Shown here: positions 49,749-60,100 of the stretch, one piece after another | Position numbering within the stretch: position 1 is the first letter of the stretch | How the letters are laid out: each line of letters starts with the position of its first letter | Assembly (NCBI GenBank): GCA_041660565.1 | Contig: JBAZWC010000001.1 | Span: forward strand, 302,481-366,480 | DNA length: 64,000 nt | Direction of reading: 5' to 3' | DNA from: Patescibacteria group bacterium | Lineage (GTDB): Bacteria > Patescibacteriota > UBA1384 > CAJBMM01 | Made by a program: the position numbers and the translations under genes | The notes under the pieces: model-generated | Databases searched by the model: none | Seen by the model: the letters and a program-made list of their open reading frames with translations, nothing else | What the model was told of the DNA's origin: nothing

Positions 49749-49773
49749 GCCCTATTTCTGTTATAATGGCACT

Positions 49774-50919
49774 ATGAAAATACTTGTTTGCACCGAAACC
49801 TATCTTCCAACCATTAACGGCGTCGTTAACTCAATTGAACTGTTTAGGCATCAACTTGAAAAAAATGGCCATCAAGTGGATATTGTCGCCCCACACTCTG
49901 CCGCCGAAAGCTTTAAGTCTAGATCTCACGTTTTTCGCCTACCATCGCTACCTCTGATCGGGCAGCCAACGCATCCGGTAGCATGGCCAAGCAAATCCCA
50001 CATCTCAGCCATCATCAGCGAAACCAAACCAGACGTTGTCCACTGTCAAGGTATGTTTGCCTGTGGCTGGCTGGGTCTAAAAGGTGCGCAAAAGGCCAAT
50101 TTGCCACATGTTTTAACTTATCACACTCATCTTGAGGGATATTCGCACTATGCCGGGCCATTATCGTTCTTAGCCAAACCAATTATGCGCTGGTGGACTA
50201 AAAAAATGTGCAACCAATTTGATTTGGTCATCACCCCATCCCCCAGCATGGCTAAGATGCTCAAGAGTTACAAAGTCAAAACCGACATTGTAGCGCTCCC
50301 AACCGGTATTGAGCTAAAGGATTACCGTTTTAATGATAAGAAAAAATTGCGAGCAATGCTTAAATTTAACCCAGATGAGGTTTATATTTTATCCGCCGGG
50401 CGGTTATCTGAAGAAAAAAATGTCAAACAATTATTAATCGATTTTGGGCGCATTCACGTGCGCAATCCTAAAGTCAAATTATTATTAGCAGGTGATGGCC
50501 CCGAGCGCAAAGCGTATGAAACGATAGTAGAAGCTAGAGGATTGCAATCGGTGGTTACGTTTTTGGGCGCACTAAAACACGAAGATCTAATAAATTACTT
50601 TGTTGCCTGTGATATATTTGCCTTTCCATCGCTAACAGACACCCAAGGCATCGTATTAATTGAAGCGATGGCGGCCGGATGTCCCAGCGTGGTGTACGAT
50701 ATGCTAGGCCCGGGCGATATTGTTAAGCACGAGGTAAACGGGTTAAAGGCAAAAGTGGGCACGGATCAGTTTTTCCAACACTTATTTGCGCTTGTTTCAG
50801 ACCAAGATTTAAGAGAAAAAATCAGCATCGGTGGCTTAAGAGACGTTAGAAACTACTCTATCGAAAAAACCGCTGATCAATTGCAACAGATCTACGCTGT
50901 TTTATGTAAGAGGCCATAG
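49774..50919 (+). CDS. GT4 glycosyltransferase (glycolipid synthase-like)
   Basis: TETYLPTINGV, TYHT, DTQGIVLIEAMAAG. Confidence 0.9.
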   Translation: MKILVCTETYLPTINGVVNSIELFRHQLEKNGHQVDIVAPHSAAESFKSRSHVFRLPSLPLIGQPTHPVAWPSKSHISAIISETKPDVVHCQGMFACGWLGLKGAQKANLPHVLTYHTHLEGYSHYAGPLSFLAKPIMRWWTKKMCNQFDLVITPSPSMAKMLKSYKVKTDIVALPTGIELKDYRFNDKKKLRAMLKFNPDEVYILSAGRLSEEKNVKQLLIDFGRIHVRNPKVKLLLAGDGPERKAYETIVEARGLQSVVTFLGALKHEDLINYFVACDIFAFPSLTDTQGIVLIEAMAAGCPSVVYDMLGPGDIVKHEVNGLKAKVGTDQFFQHLFALVSDQDLREKISIGGLRDVRNYSIEKTADQLQQIYAVLCKRP

Positions 50920-51015
50920 GGTGTGTTAGGGAGTTTAGGGTTGTTAGGGTGGTTCCTTCCCTAATAGGTTCTACGCTCTCCCAACATCCCTAACGTCCCT
51001 AACTACCCTAACCGT
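50912..51015. repeat. TTAGGG-type element E4
   Basis: Left arm and loop nearly identical to E3. Confidence 0.9.
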
Positions 51016-51088
51016 CCTTTTCCTATTGACCACAACGACTACTTATTCCATACTATACTTATAGATCAAATAATGTGGGGCAGGATAA

Positions 51089-51613
51089 ATGGGCGCAACA
51101 TCACCAAGTTGGGACGCAGTAATTGTATTAGTTTACGTTATTGGTGTTGGATATAGTCTAATTTTGCATCGAGAACGAATTGCCGGGCAAATTGCCTCGG
51201 CCTATATTTCATTGGCCGTTACCTCGGTTATCACCACTCCGGTGTATAATTTTTTACATCATAACAGCTTCTTAATGAATCAACTTTGGGTACAAAATGA
51301 CGCCACAACGCAAATGGTTTCGGGTCTGTTGTTTCTTGCTTTAACCATCATTCTTTCCAGCTTTCTGTCGGTGATACCAACCGGGCGAAAATCTGACAGC
51401 CTGTCTATGTTTGAGTCTACTTTGTTTAGCTTTTTGTGGGTAACGTTGTTAATTTCAACAATACTATCATTCCTACCGGTGGACAGATTGGTTTTATTTA
51501 GCAATCAGTCCAAACTCATCACTCTAATTTGGCAATATCACACCGCTTGGTTAATTATCCCGGCGTTTTTGTTAATTTACTCCGGCTTTAGACGCGGGAA
51601 TCTTAATTATTAG
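51089..51613 (+). CDS. Multi-pass membrane protein (CvpA-like)
   Basis: About 5 TM helices, PSWD N-terminus. Confidence 0.65.
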   Translation: MGATSPSWDAVIVLVYVIGVGYSLILHRERIAGQIASAYISLAVTSVITTPVYNFLHHNSFLMNQLWVQNDATTQMVSGLLFLALTIILSSFLSVIPTGRKSDSLSMFESTLFSFLWVTLLISTILSFLPVDRLVLFSNQSKLITLIWQYHTAWLIIPAFLLIYSGFRRGNLNY

Positions 51614-51715
51614 ACCAATTAGGGAAATTAGGGTCATTTGGGACATTAGGGGTTCTTTCCCTAATAGGTTCTACACTATCCCAATCCCCCTAATCACCCC
51701 AATCTCCCAAATCGT
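51613..51715. repeat. TTAGGG-type element E5
   Basis: gaccaattagggaaattagggtcatttgggacattagggg...atcgt. Confidence 0.9.
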
Positions 51716-51766
51716 TTTCCTGTTGTAAAAAAACTATTTTTCGTTTATAATATGGTTTAGGTGATT

Positions 51767-52054
51767 ATGAACAATTTACAACTAAAGCAAATCTGTTTGG
51801 AAATTCAAAGCAATTTGCGTTGTGTACATTGTGGCAAGCCATATCAGGCTAACAATATTCACCTACGTAGCGCTTTTAAGAACAATTACTTGTTTCATTT
51901 AGTTTGTGAAAATCATAGCGCTATGGCCACCATCACCGTGGTTGGCGAAAAATCACAAAACGTCTTAAAGGTAGTTACGCCGGATGATGTAATGCAATTT
52001 AGAACTCAACTGTCCAAGTTCAAGGGTGATTTTAACAAAGTTTTTAAAAAGTAA
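51767..52054 (+). CDS. Small zinc-binding hypothetical protein
   Basis: CVHCG...CENH; FKGDF C-terminus. Confidence 0.7.
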   Translation: MNNLQLKQICLEIQSNLRCVHCGKPYQANNIHLRSAFKNNYLFHLVCENHSAMATITVVGEKSQNVLKVVTPDDVMQFRTQLSKFKGDFNKVFKK

Positions 52055-52055
52055 T

Positions 52056-52160
52056 TCCTCCTCAACCGCCCTACGGGCACCTTCTCCTCCAGAGGAGAAG
52101 GGTTCCAAGGTTTTTCCCTCTCCTCCCTGAGGAGAGGGTGGCTGGAAGCCGGGTGAGGAG
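52056..52160. repeat. CCCTCTCC/GGAGAGGG palindromic repeat
   Basis: ccttctcctccagaggagaagg and ccctctcctccctgaggagaggg hairpins. Confidence 0.7.
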
Positions 52161-52177
52161 CCGACATAAGGAATAAT

Positions 52178-52864
52178 ATGAGCCTACAACTAAACGCAGA
52201 TACCCGCAAAATAACTGGCAAAAAAGTTAAGTCTATTAGACGTGACGGTCTAATTCCATTGGTAATGTATGGAAAAGGCTTGCCAACTCATCACCTGCAA
52301 TCCAACGCCAAACTGTTCTCCAAGTTATTTAAAGAAAGCGGTACCTCTAGCTTAGTTGATATTGCTATTGAAGACGCCAAACCAATTAAAGCTTTAATCA
52401 AATCGGTCAGCCTTGATCCGGTATCCAATGAAATTCTTCACGCTGACTTGTTACAGGTAAATATGAAAGAAAAAATCCGCACCGAAATTCCAATTGAATT
52501 TGTGGGTGATTCCAGTGTAGTTACCGAGCAAGATGGTAAATTGGTGTTCAACTTAGACGCTCTTGAGATTGAATGTTTGCCAGACGATTTGGTACCAAAC
52601 TTTGAAGTAAATGTTTCATCTCTAACTGAATTTGATCAAGCAATTCACGTATCTGACATAAAAATCCCAGACGGCATGGAAATTCTAACCGATCCGGAAT
52701 TGGTAATTGTAGTTGCGCAGGCTCCGTTAACCGAAGCTGAACTTGAAGCCGAACTAGCAGAGCCAGAAAAGACCGAGGAAGAGGCAGTCGCTGAAATGGC
52801 CGCCGAAGAACCAGCCGCCGAAGGTGAAGAATTGGGGGAAACCAAAGACGATTTGGGTAATTAG
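52178..52864 (+). CDS. rplY: 50S ribosomal protein L25/Ctc
   Basis: RRDGLIPLVMYG, HADL, IHVSDI, acidic tail. Confidence 0.95.
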   Translation: MSLQLNADTRKITGKKVKSIRRDGLIPLVMYGKGLPTHHLQSNAKLFSKLFKESGTSSLVDIAIEDAKPIKALIKSVSLDPVSNEILHADLLQVNMKEKIRTEIPIEFVGDSSVVTEQDGKLVFNLDALEIECLPDDLVPNFEVNVSSLTEFDQAIHVSDIKIPDGMEILTDPELVIVVAQAPLTEAELEAELAEPEKTEEEAVAEMAAEEPAAEGEELGETKDDLGN

Positions 52865-52946
52865 GGGCATTTGGGACATTAGGGTTCTTACCCTAATGAG
52901 TACCCCGCACCCCCAATCACCCTAATCTCCCTAATTCCCCAAACGT
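52847..52946. repeat. TTAGGG-type element E6
   Basis: Overlaps the rplY stop; 4 G-/4 C-tracts. Confidence 0.9.
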
Positions 52947-52969
52947 TTTCTTTATGCTATATTGGCATT

Positions 52970-54736
52970 ATGAAACAAATACGCACAAACACACCCAAAA
53001 CCAAAGAAATGTCTTCTCAAATTGAGAAAATGCGCCACACTCTAAGCCACTGCTTAGCGGCTGCGGTGCTAAACTTGTATCCCAAAACCAAGCTGGGTAT
53101 AGGCCCGGTAATTGAAAACGGGTTCTATTATGATTTTCTGTTCGAATCTCCCCTATCACCCGACGATCTAATCAAAATCGAAAACGAGATGCGATCAGTT
53201 ATCAAACAAAAAATGTCTTTGCGCCAATTTAATTTGAGCCGCGATGAAGCATTGGCAAAGGAAAAAGATCAACCATTCAAATTTGAATTGATTAAAGACC
53301 TAGGCGATAAGGAATTAAGTTTTTATAGCTTGGAATCCCCCAATCAACCCAATTCTTTCGTTGACCTCTGCGCTGGGCCGCACCTTGAATCTACCGACCA
53401 AGTTGGCGCGTTTAAGCTAACCCATCTTGCCGGCGCATACTGGAAAGGTGACGAAAAAAATCAGATGCTCACCCGTATCTACGGCGTAGCGTTTGAGACC
53501 CAGGAAGAACTAGACCAATACCTCAAGCAAATCGACGAAGCCACCAAACGCGATCATCGCAAATTAGGTGTAACGCTTGATCTATTTACCTTTTCCGACC
53601 TCGTTGGTGCCGGTTTGCCATTGTGGACACCAAAAGGGACTATTGTTCGCGATTTACTTGATGATTTTGTGTGGAGTTTGCGTCGTGCTAAGGGATACGA
53701 AAAAGTGGAAATCCCCCACATCACCAAAAAAGATTTATATGTTAAAAGTGGGCACTGGGATAAGTTTAAGGACGAATTATTTAGAATTAACACCCGTGAA
53801 GGCCACGAATTTGCGATGAAGCCAATGAACTGCCCACACCACACTCAAATTTTTGCCCGCAAAAGTTGGAGCTACAAAGAAATGCCGCAACGCTACGCCA
53901 ACACTACGTTTGTGTATCGTGATGAGCAAACCGGTGAATTAAACGGACTGTCCCGCGTTAGAGCCATCACTCAAGACGATGCCCACGTGTTTTGCCGCGA
54001 AGACCAGATAAAAGACGAGATACTGGCAATCTGGGATATTGTAGATGATTTTTATGGTAAATTTGGCATCAAAACAGCTGCTCGTCTATCACTTGGCGAC
54101 CAATCTCAACCAGATAAATATCTTGGTGATGCCAAAACCTGGGATAAAATGGAAAACACGTTACGAGAAGTAGTCAAAATCAAAAAAACCACCGCATCTG
54201 AGGCTATTGGTGAAGCGGCGTTTTACGGGCCAAAAATTGACTTTATGGGTATTGATTCCTTGGGCCGAGAGTGGCAAGTGGCAACCATCCAACTGGATAT
54301 GAATATGCCAACGCGATTTGGCTTGAGTTTCACCAATGCTGACGGCCACGATGAGACCCCAATTATGATTCACGCCGCCATTATGGGCTCAATTGAACGA
54401 TTCATGTCCATTTTAATTGAACATTACGCCGGCGTATTTCCGGTCTGGCTAGCGCCGGTGCAAGCGGTGGTGGTACCAATTGCAGATCGGCATAACGGCT
54501 ATGCCACTACCATTGTCGATCAGTTAAAAGCAAGTGGAGTTCGGGTTAACCTAGACCTCAGACGTGAGACTTTGGGCAAAAGAATCCGAGATCTAGAAAT
54601 GCAAAAAGTGCCTTTTGTCTTGGTTATTGGCGATAAAGAAGTCGAATCAAAGAAAATTGCCGTCCGCTCCCGTGATGATGGCGACCTCGGAGCAAAAAGC
54701 GTAAAAGAACTTATAAAGACCAATTTTCAATTTTAA
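52970..54736 (+). CDS. thrS: Threonine-tRNA ligase
   Basis: DLCAGPH, RDHRKLG, KPMNCP, TQDDAH, FYGPKID, GSIERF. Confidence 0.98.
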   Translation: MKQIRTNTPKTKEMSSQIEKMRHTLSHCLAAAVLNLYPKTKLGIGPVIENGFYYDFLFESPLSPDDLIKIENEMRSVIKQKMSLRQFNLSRDEALAKEKDQPFKFELIKDLGDKELSFYSLESPNQPNSFVDLCAGPHLESTDQVGAFKLTHLAGAYWKGDEKNQMLTRIYGVAFETQEELDQYLKQIDEATKRDHRKLGVTLDLFTFSDLVGAGLPLWTPKGTIVRDLLDDFVWSLRRAKGYEKVEIPHITKKDLYVKSGHWDKFKDELFRINTREGHEFAMKPMNCPHHTQIFARKSWSYKEMPQRYANTTFVYRDEQTGELNGLSRVRAITQDDAHVFCREDQIKDEILAIWDIVDDFYGKFGIKTAARLSLGDQSQPDKYLGDAKTWDKMENTLREVVKIKKTTASEAIGEAAFYGPKIDFMGIDSLGREWQVATIQLDMNMPTRFGLSFTNADGHDETPIMIHAAIMGSIERFMSILIEHYAGVFPVWLAPVQAVVVPIADRHNGYATTIVDQLKASGVRVNLDLRRETLGKRIRDLEMQKVPFVLVIGDKEVESKKIAVRSRDDGDLGAKSVKELIKTNFQF

Positions 54737-54840
54737 ATTTCCAATTTTTAATGAAAAGATAGCCAATTTTTAAATGACTAAATAAGGAACCATTTAAAAT
54801 TTAATCATTCGGTACTCATTCATTAATAATTTAAAATTAT
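54721..54840 (+). repeat. AT-rich nested palindrome after thrS (twin of 39535-39663)
   Basis: Reverse-complement match. Confidence 0.85.
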
Positions 54841-54883
54841 TATTGTCTCCCAATTAATCCCATCAATCCAATTGAGAATAACT

Positions 54884-56359
54884 ATGAGTAACGCAACAGA
54901 CATTTTGCAGCTAATCAAACTTGAAGAAACGCGCCAACAAGAAGGCATGGAGCTAATTCCGTCTGAAAATTACGCGTCTAAGAACATTCGCGGCGCTTTG
55001 GGCTCGGTTTTAACCAATAAATATTCCGAAGGCTATGCTGGCGCACGTTATTACGGTGGCCAAGAGGTCATTGACCAAATTGAAACCAAGGCCATTGAAC
55101 TTGCTCGGCAACTGTTCAAATATCAATTTGTAAACGTGCAACCATATTCCGGCACACCGGCCAATTTAGCGGTTTATAATGCTTTGTTACAACCGGGCGA
55201 TACTATACTTTCGATGGCGCTTGATATGGGCGGCCACCTAAGCCACGGACACAAACTTAGTTTACCGGGAAAACTTTATAATATTGTTAGTTATGGACTA
55301 CATGAAGAAAATTCGAAAAACGAAATACGAAATACAAAACAAATCCAAAATTCAAAAAAAGAAATTCAAAAAAATGGTACTTTTCGTGCTTCGGATTTCG
55401 AATTTAGTGCTTATGATGCCGGACGCATAGATTACAATCAAGTTGCAGAATTAGCCAAAACCCATAAGCCAAAACTGATTGTTGCTGGTGGTAGTGCGTA
55501 TCCTTATATAATAGATTTTAAGAGATTCAGAGAAATTGCCGACAGCGTTGGTGCTATTTTGATGGTAGATATGGCGCATATTGCCGGACTAGTGGCTGGT
55601 GGCGTGCACCCATCACCCTACCCGTATGCGCACGTTGTAACCTCAACCACCCATAAGACAATGCGCGGGCCAAGAGGTGGATTTATTTTGACCGATGATG
55701 AAGAAATGGCAAAAAAAATTAACCGCGCAGTTTTTCCCGGAATTCAAGGCGGCCCGCACGATAATAACATTGCCGGTATTGCCATTTGCTTTGCCGAAGC
55801 CCTAGATCCAGAGTTTAAGGACTATGCCAAACAAGTTATTCTTAACGCAAAAGCCTTAGCAGATACTGTAGGGGCACCGTCCTCGCTACCGCATCGGATG
55901 ACCGGTGGTCAACATGAATTGCCCGAGGTTCCAGCCATGGCGGGCGGACATATGAGTCCGCCCCTACACCCCCTAAAAAGAAATTCCTTCAATTCAAATT
56001 TCAAATTTCAAATTTCAAATTGTCCTCCCTCTAATTGGAACCCAACCACAGAGAATCACCTACTCTTACTAGACGTCACGCCTTTTGGCCTAGGTGGCTT
56101 ACGCGCCCAAGATCTACTAGACAGCGTTGGCATTACTGTAAATAAACAAGTTTTGCCGGGTGATACCAGAAAACCGGCCGACCCATCGGGTATTCGGCTT
56201 GGATCACCGGCAATGACTACCAGAGGATTCAAAGAAGAACAATTTAACCAAACCGGAAAATGGATTATTGACGTATTATCAAATCCGGAAGACCTTAAGT
56301 TGCACCGCGCTATTCACCAAGAGGTAAAAGCACTGTGTAAAAGGTTCCTGGTGCCTTAG
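54884..56359 (+). CDS. glyA: Serine hydroxymethyltransferase with two repeat-derived insertions
   Basis: LIPSEN, NKYSEGY, GGHLSHG, STTHKTMRGPRGG, QGGP, SGIRLG. Confidence 0.96.
   Translation: MSNATDILQLIKLEETRQQEGMELIPSENYASKNIRGALGSVLTNKYSEGYAGARYYGGQEVIDQIETKAIELARQLFKYQFVNVQPYSGTPANLAVYNALLQPGDTILSMALDMGGHLSHGHKLSLPGKLYNIVSYGLHEENSKNEIRNTKQIQNSKKEIQKNGTFRASDFEFSAYDAGRIDYNQVAELAKTHKPKLIVAGGSAYPYIIDFKRFREIADSVGAILMVDMAHIAGLVAGGVHPSPYPYAHVVTSTTHKTMRGPRGGFILTDDEEMAKKINRAVFPGIQGGPHDNNIAGIAICFAEALDPEFKDYAKQVILNAKALADTVGAPSSLPHRMTGGQHELPEVPAMAGGHMSPPLHPLKRNSFNSNFKFQISNCPPSNWNPTTENHLLLLDVTPFGLGGLRAQDLLDSVGITVNKQVLPGDTRKPADPSGIRLGSPAMTTRGFKEEQFNQTGKWIIDVLSNPEDLKLHRAIHQEVKALCKRFLVP
55867..55968. 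repeat. GTAG-type REP inside glyA
   Basis: tgtaggggca...gggcggacatatgagtccgcccctaca. Confidence 0.8.
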
Positions 56360-56453
56360 GGGAATTAGGGACATTAGGGTGATTGGGGGGACAAGGTACC
56401 ATTAGGGTTTTGGTTCCCCCAATGTCCCAAATTTCCCTAATGCCCCCAACCGT
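56356..56453. repeat. TTAGGG-type element E7
   Basis: Contains the stop codons of both glyA and the four-helix-bundle gene. Confidence 0.9.
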
Positions 56454-56982
56454 CTTTCCTCTTTTGGTCTTTTCTGGCATTAAAAAGTTTTTCACTATAA
56501 CCGCCTTCAGTTTTAAACTTTTCTTCTAGGGAAAGAAGCTGTTTATCTAATAAAAAGGTGGTTAAACTTACAAAGGTTACTAACATATTAGCCGCTAGAG
56601 TTGGGTCATTCGGAAAATTAGGTGTATTCAAGGTGTTTTCAGTTACCCAAATTGCCCTAAACTCTCTAAAAACCCTTACATTTTGGTCGTCCTTGCTAAA
56701 CAAAGGCAAATTTCTCTGTCTCAGAAAATCTTGGAAGTCTAACAACAGCTCCTCTTGGGACGCTTTTGCAACGCCCACCAGTTTTATATAACTCTTTAAT
56801 GACTTTTCCATATAACCTTCAGCTATGTTTTGCCTACCGCTGCGCGCCGCTTGCACCATTTGTTCAACCAGCCTACTGTTTTCTCTGCTATTAACAAACT
56901 GTTTGCAAAATTTGACTGTTAAATCATATACAACAGTCGCCATCATAAAGGAAGCTAGTGTTTTATAACCAGGCTGGGCCAT
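56437..56982 (-). CDS. Four-helix-bundle protein with suffix domain (23S-rRNA-IVP/bAvd-like fold)
   Basis: GYKTL..F, QMVQAARSGRQNIAEG, ASQEELLLDFQDFL, AANML, EGGYSEKL. Confidence 0.9.
   Translation of the reverse strand: MAQPGYKTLASFMMATVVYDLTVKFCKQFVNSRENSRLVEQMVQAARSGRQNIAEGYMEKSLKSYIKLVGVAKASQEELLLDFQDFLRQRNLPLFSKDDQNVRVFREFRAIWVTENTLNTPNFPNDPTLAANMLVTFVSLTTFLLDKQLLSLEEKFKTEGGYSEKLFNARKDQKRKDGWGH
56601..56681. repeat. Degenerate in-frame TTAGGG element inside the four-helix-bundle gene
   Basis: ttgggtcat tcggaaaat taggtgtat ... cccaaattg ccctaaact ctctaaaaa cccttacat. Confidence 0.7.
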
Positions 56983-56992
56983 GGTTCCTTTC

Positions 56993-57110
56993 TTAGGGGA
57001 ATTAGTAGGCCAATTGGGGGAATTAGGGTCATTTGGGTCATTGGGGGTTCCACCCCTAATTGGTTTATTGTTCCCCCAATCTCCCTAATCTCCCCAAGCC
57101 CCCTAACCGT
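56993..57110. repeat. TTAGGG-type element E8
   Basis: ggccaattgggggaattagggtcatttgggtcattggggg...ccctaaccgt. Confidence 0.9.
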
Positions 57111-57115
57111 TTCTC

Positions 57116-60100
57116 TTATTTAACTCTAACGGTTCCGCCGCCGTTTACACGCACCGAACCAGAGTTTACCCGCACCCCAGAGTAGTTTGCCGCTTTAGTA
57201 CTAGCGGTGTCATCTACCGGAAAACCGGCCAGACCGGCAGGCCAGGCACCGGCATCAGTGCCAACAATGGCAAGACCCCCTAAGCCCAAACCTAAGCTAC
57301 TTACGCTATTTGAAGGCAAACTGGAATTTGCCGTGGTGTAAAAAACAATTTGTTTTTGCGTAGCTAACGAAATACTGGTTACCCCACTTGCCGTGCCGAC
57401 CCAAAGGGCAGATTGGTTCTTAACCGGTGAGCCGGTGGACCAGGTGGGATCGTCTGAGGCAACGGAAGAGTTGGCACCAAGAGTGCCGTTGTACCCTAAG
57501 CCAGAGGAATCAGCCGCAACTTGCCCGGAGCCTTCATTAAGCTTCCACCAACCGAGAATATTGGCGGATGGATTATCAGTCCTACCAAGCCCGCCGTTAT
57601 AGAGGGCAGCTACTTCGGCACCAGTTATTGCCCTTGAGTAGATACGCACATCATCAATTGATCCATTAATAAATGCAGAAGATCGGCCAATTTCTAAGGT
57701 ACCATTAGCCGTATTCAAAGTTTCAGTTGCAGTCCCGGAAACCATTCCATCCATATAAATTGTTTGGCTGCTTGCGCCACTAACAAGTACAATATGATGC
57801 CAAGCACCATCATCGACACTATTCGTCGTGGTGGCAGAACCGGCATCGGTACCATCAACAGCGCAGTTCATTTTATGTGCAGTCACACCAGCAATTTTAC
57901 ATATTCGGTTGGCAGCCCACCTAAGGGCTCCGCCACTGTTTGTGGTAGTTTTAATCCAGAATGATTCAGTTATCGCCGATTGACCTGGAATTGATCCGGT
58001 GATGACATAGTCAGATCCATCAAAGGTTAAATCTTCCCCCAAATCCCCTGTTTTCATCAACCCCACCGACGTAGCACTGGCCGAGGTGCCACCGATAGCA
58101 GGAGAAACGCGCATGGGATCGGTAGTGGTAACGGTAGCGTCAGCACCCAGAGTACCGTTGTTGGCGTTACCGGAAGAATCGTACACGGTCTGCCCATTTA
58201 TCCCATTAGCCCCACCGTACCGTTCGTCCAGGTGCCAAAGGCCAATGGTGTTTGCATCTGTGGTAAAAGGAACAACAGTGGGAGTAAAATATTTCGTATT
58301 AAGAACTGTCCCCGAATAACGTATTGAATTAGAAATACGCACTTCATCAATTGGACCGTTAAACCTTCCGGCTGAGGGACTACCACTTCCAATATATAGC
58401 GTTTCAGATGAGGTGTATTTGATATTTGCATTCATGTTACAATTGGCACGTAAAGTTCCATCCACAAATATCCTATATTTAAGATTGGATTGATCAATAG
58501 TACCGGCAACATGATGCCATACGCCATCGGCCTGTGAGCTATTAGTAGGACATTCTTCAGTTACCCCATACTGATTCACAAAAAATAAGGTGACTGTGCC
58601 ATTTGAAGACCATCTGTTCATCCGAAAGCCGTACGCACCATAGTTTAATGGGTAAATAGAACTACCAGATGTTGTATTAAACCACATCTCTATAGTAAAA
58701 ACGGTTGGTCTCAAACCGGCATTACCTGCAACCGGAACATAATCATCAGTTCCGTCAAACATAAGCGCGTTACCAAATGACTTGCTGTTGTAGTTTGATG
58801 TTCCGGTGGAGCCAGTGTTAACGTAATGCTCCACAAAACCACTAGCTTGGGTAGAGTGTTCCTGGATGGTTTCAACACCTAAGTTCGTACCAAGAGCAAC
58901 AGTGTTGCTGGTATTATCTGCAAGAGATGTACCGGTGGTGACAGATATGGAATTAATGGTATTGGAACGCAGAGCAGGGGTGGAAGCGGTGGAATAGGTA
59001 ACATCTGCTGTTCCTACTTGGTCGGCGGTGTCTGCATTTACAGCTGTGTAAACATCTAACCCGGCGTGAGTGGTATTAGCACCGTATACCGTGCCAGCAT
59101 TGGTCATAAATACTTTGGTATAGGTGTCTGAGGCGGTTGGGGCATATTTGTACATTGGTGAATCGGTGGGTGCATTGTTGTTAAGACCTATTCCGGTTAA
59201 GTTATTCAAGACATTTAAGTCAGAGGCGGTGGCAAGCGCAACGTATTGTTTTGGAGGAGCTGTGCCTATTACAGTAGGTGAAATATCATTAACGGTAGTG
59301 GAGTTAAGAGCAGTTCCACCAGCTGCGGGATACGCCGAGGCGGCACCACGATTAGCTAGAGTAGATTGATAAATTGAATTGCCAGATGAAGTAAATCGTA
59401 AAGCGGTATCATCATCTAACCGAATATCGGTTAAACCATCAGCGCTGGCAACGTAAATACGACCGTTTAGAGCTTTTACCTTGAGTGTATTATTTGAGCC
59501 GATTAAATTATTACTGGCTTTGGCAAAGCGCGCCCACAGTTTGTTAGTTGATGCGTCTATGATGTCGAGGCCACCGTTGTTGGCCACCAAATTAGTTTTT
59601 GAAGGATAACTACGGAGTTTACCACGGGTTGTACCAAAGGATTCGATAGCCAAGGCGTTGATGCGGTAGGTGTCGTAGGTGGAATAGTTTCCTTGAGGGT
59701 TCCAACGTACGTAGATTCCGGTGGCACCAAGCTGTTGGAGGGAGGAAGAGATCTGTTGTCGGGTGGACCAGGCGTCTAAGGTGGGAGTGGGGCCACCGGT
59801 AGAACCTCGGTACTGGTAGAAGACCGGAGTTTCTTGCTCCACGATGGCGGAGTAAGCGGCTACCGTGGGCTCTGTTGTGGCGTGGAGGAGAGAGTTGTTG
59901 GTGACCCAGTTGGAGGTTGAGTTGAAGCCAAAGTTAGTAAGGGTACCATTGTTGCCTGAGCCGGATGAGTCTACGGCGGTGGTTCCGGCAGCGGTGGTAT
60001 CGTCTAGTTTCCACCAACCAACTAGGCCGGAGTTGGAGACATAGGGAGTGTTGGTGTAAAGAGCTGATGCTTCTGTAGCGCTAATAGATCGACTGTATAT

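Noticed and set aside
54884-56359. glyA as pseudogene, or its inserts as inteins or introns
   Set aside because: Frame and catalytic motifs are intact; the inserts lack intein or group I/II features and match local repeat families
42707-57110. TTAGGG repeats as telomeric or eukaryotic contamination, or as a CRISPR array
   Set aside because: They have a 9-bp period, are palindromic and sit between bacterial genes; there is no repeat-spacer array and no cas gene
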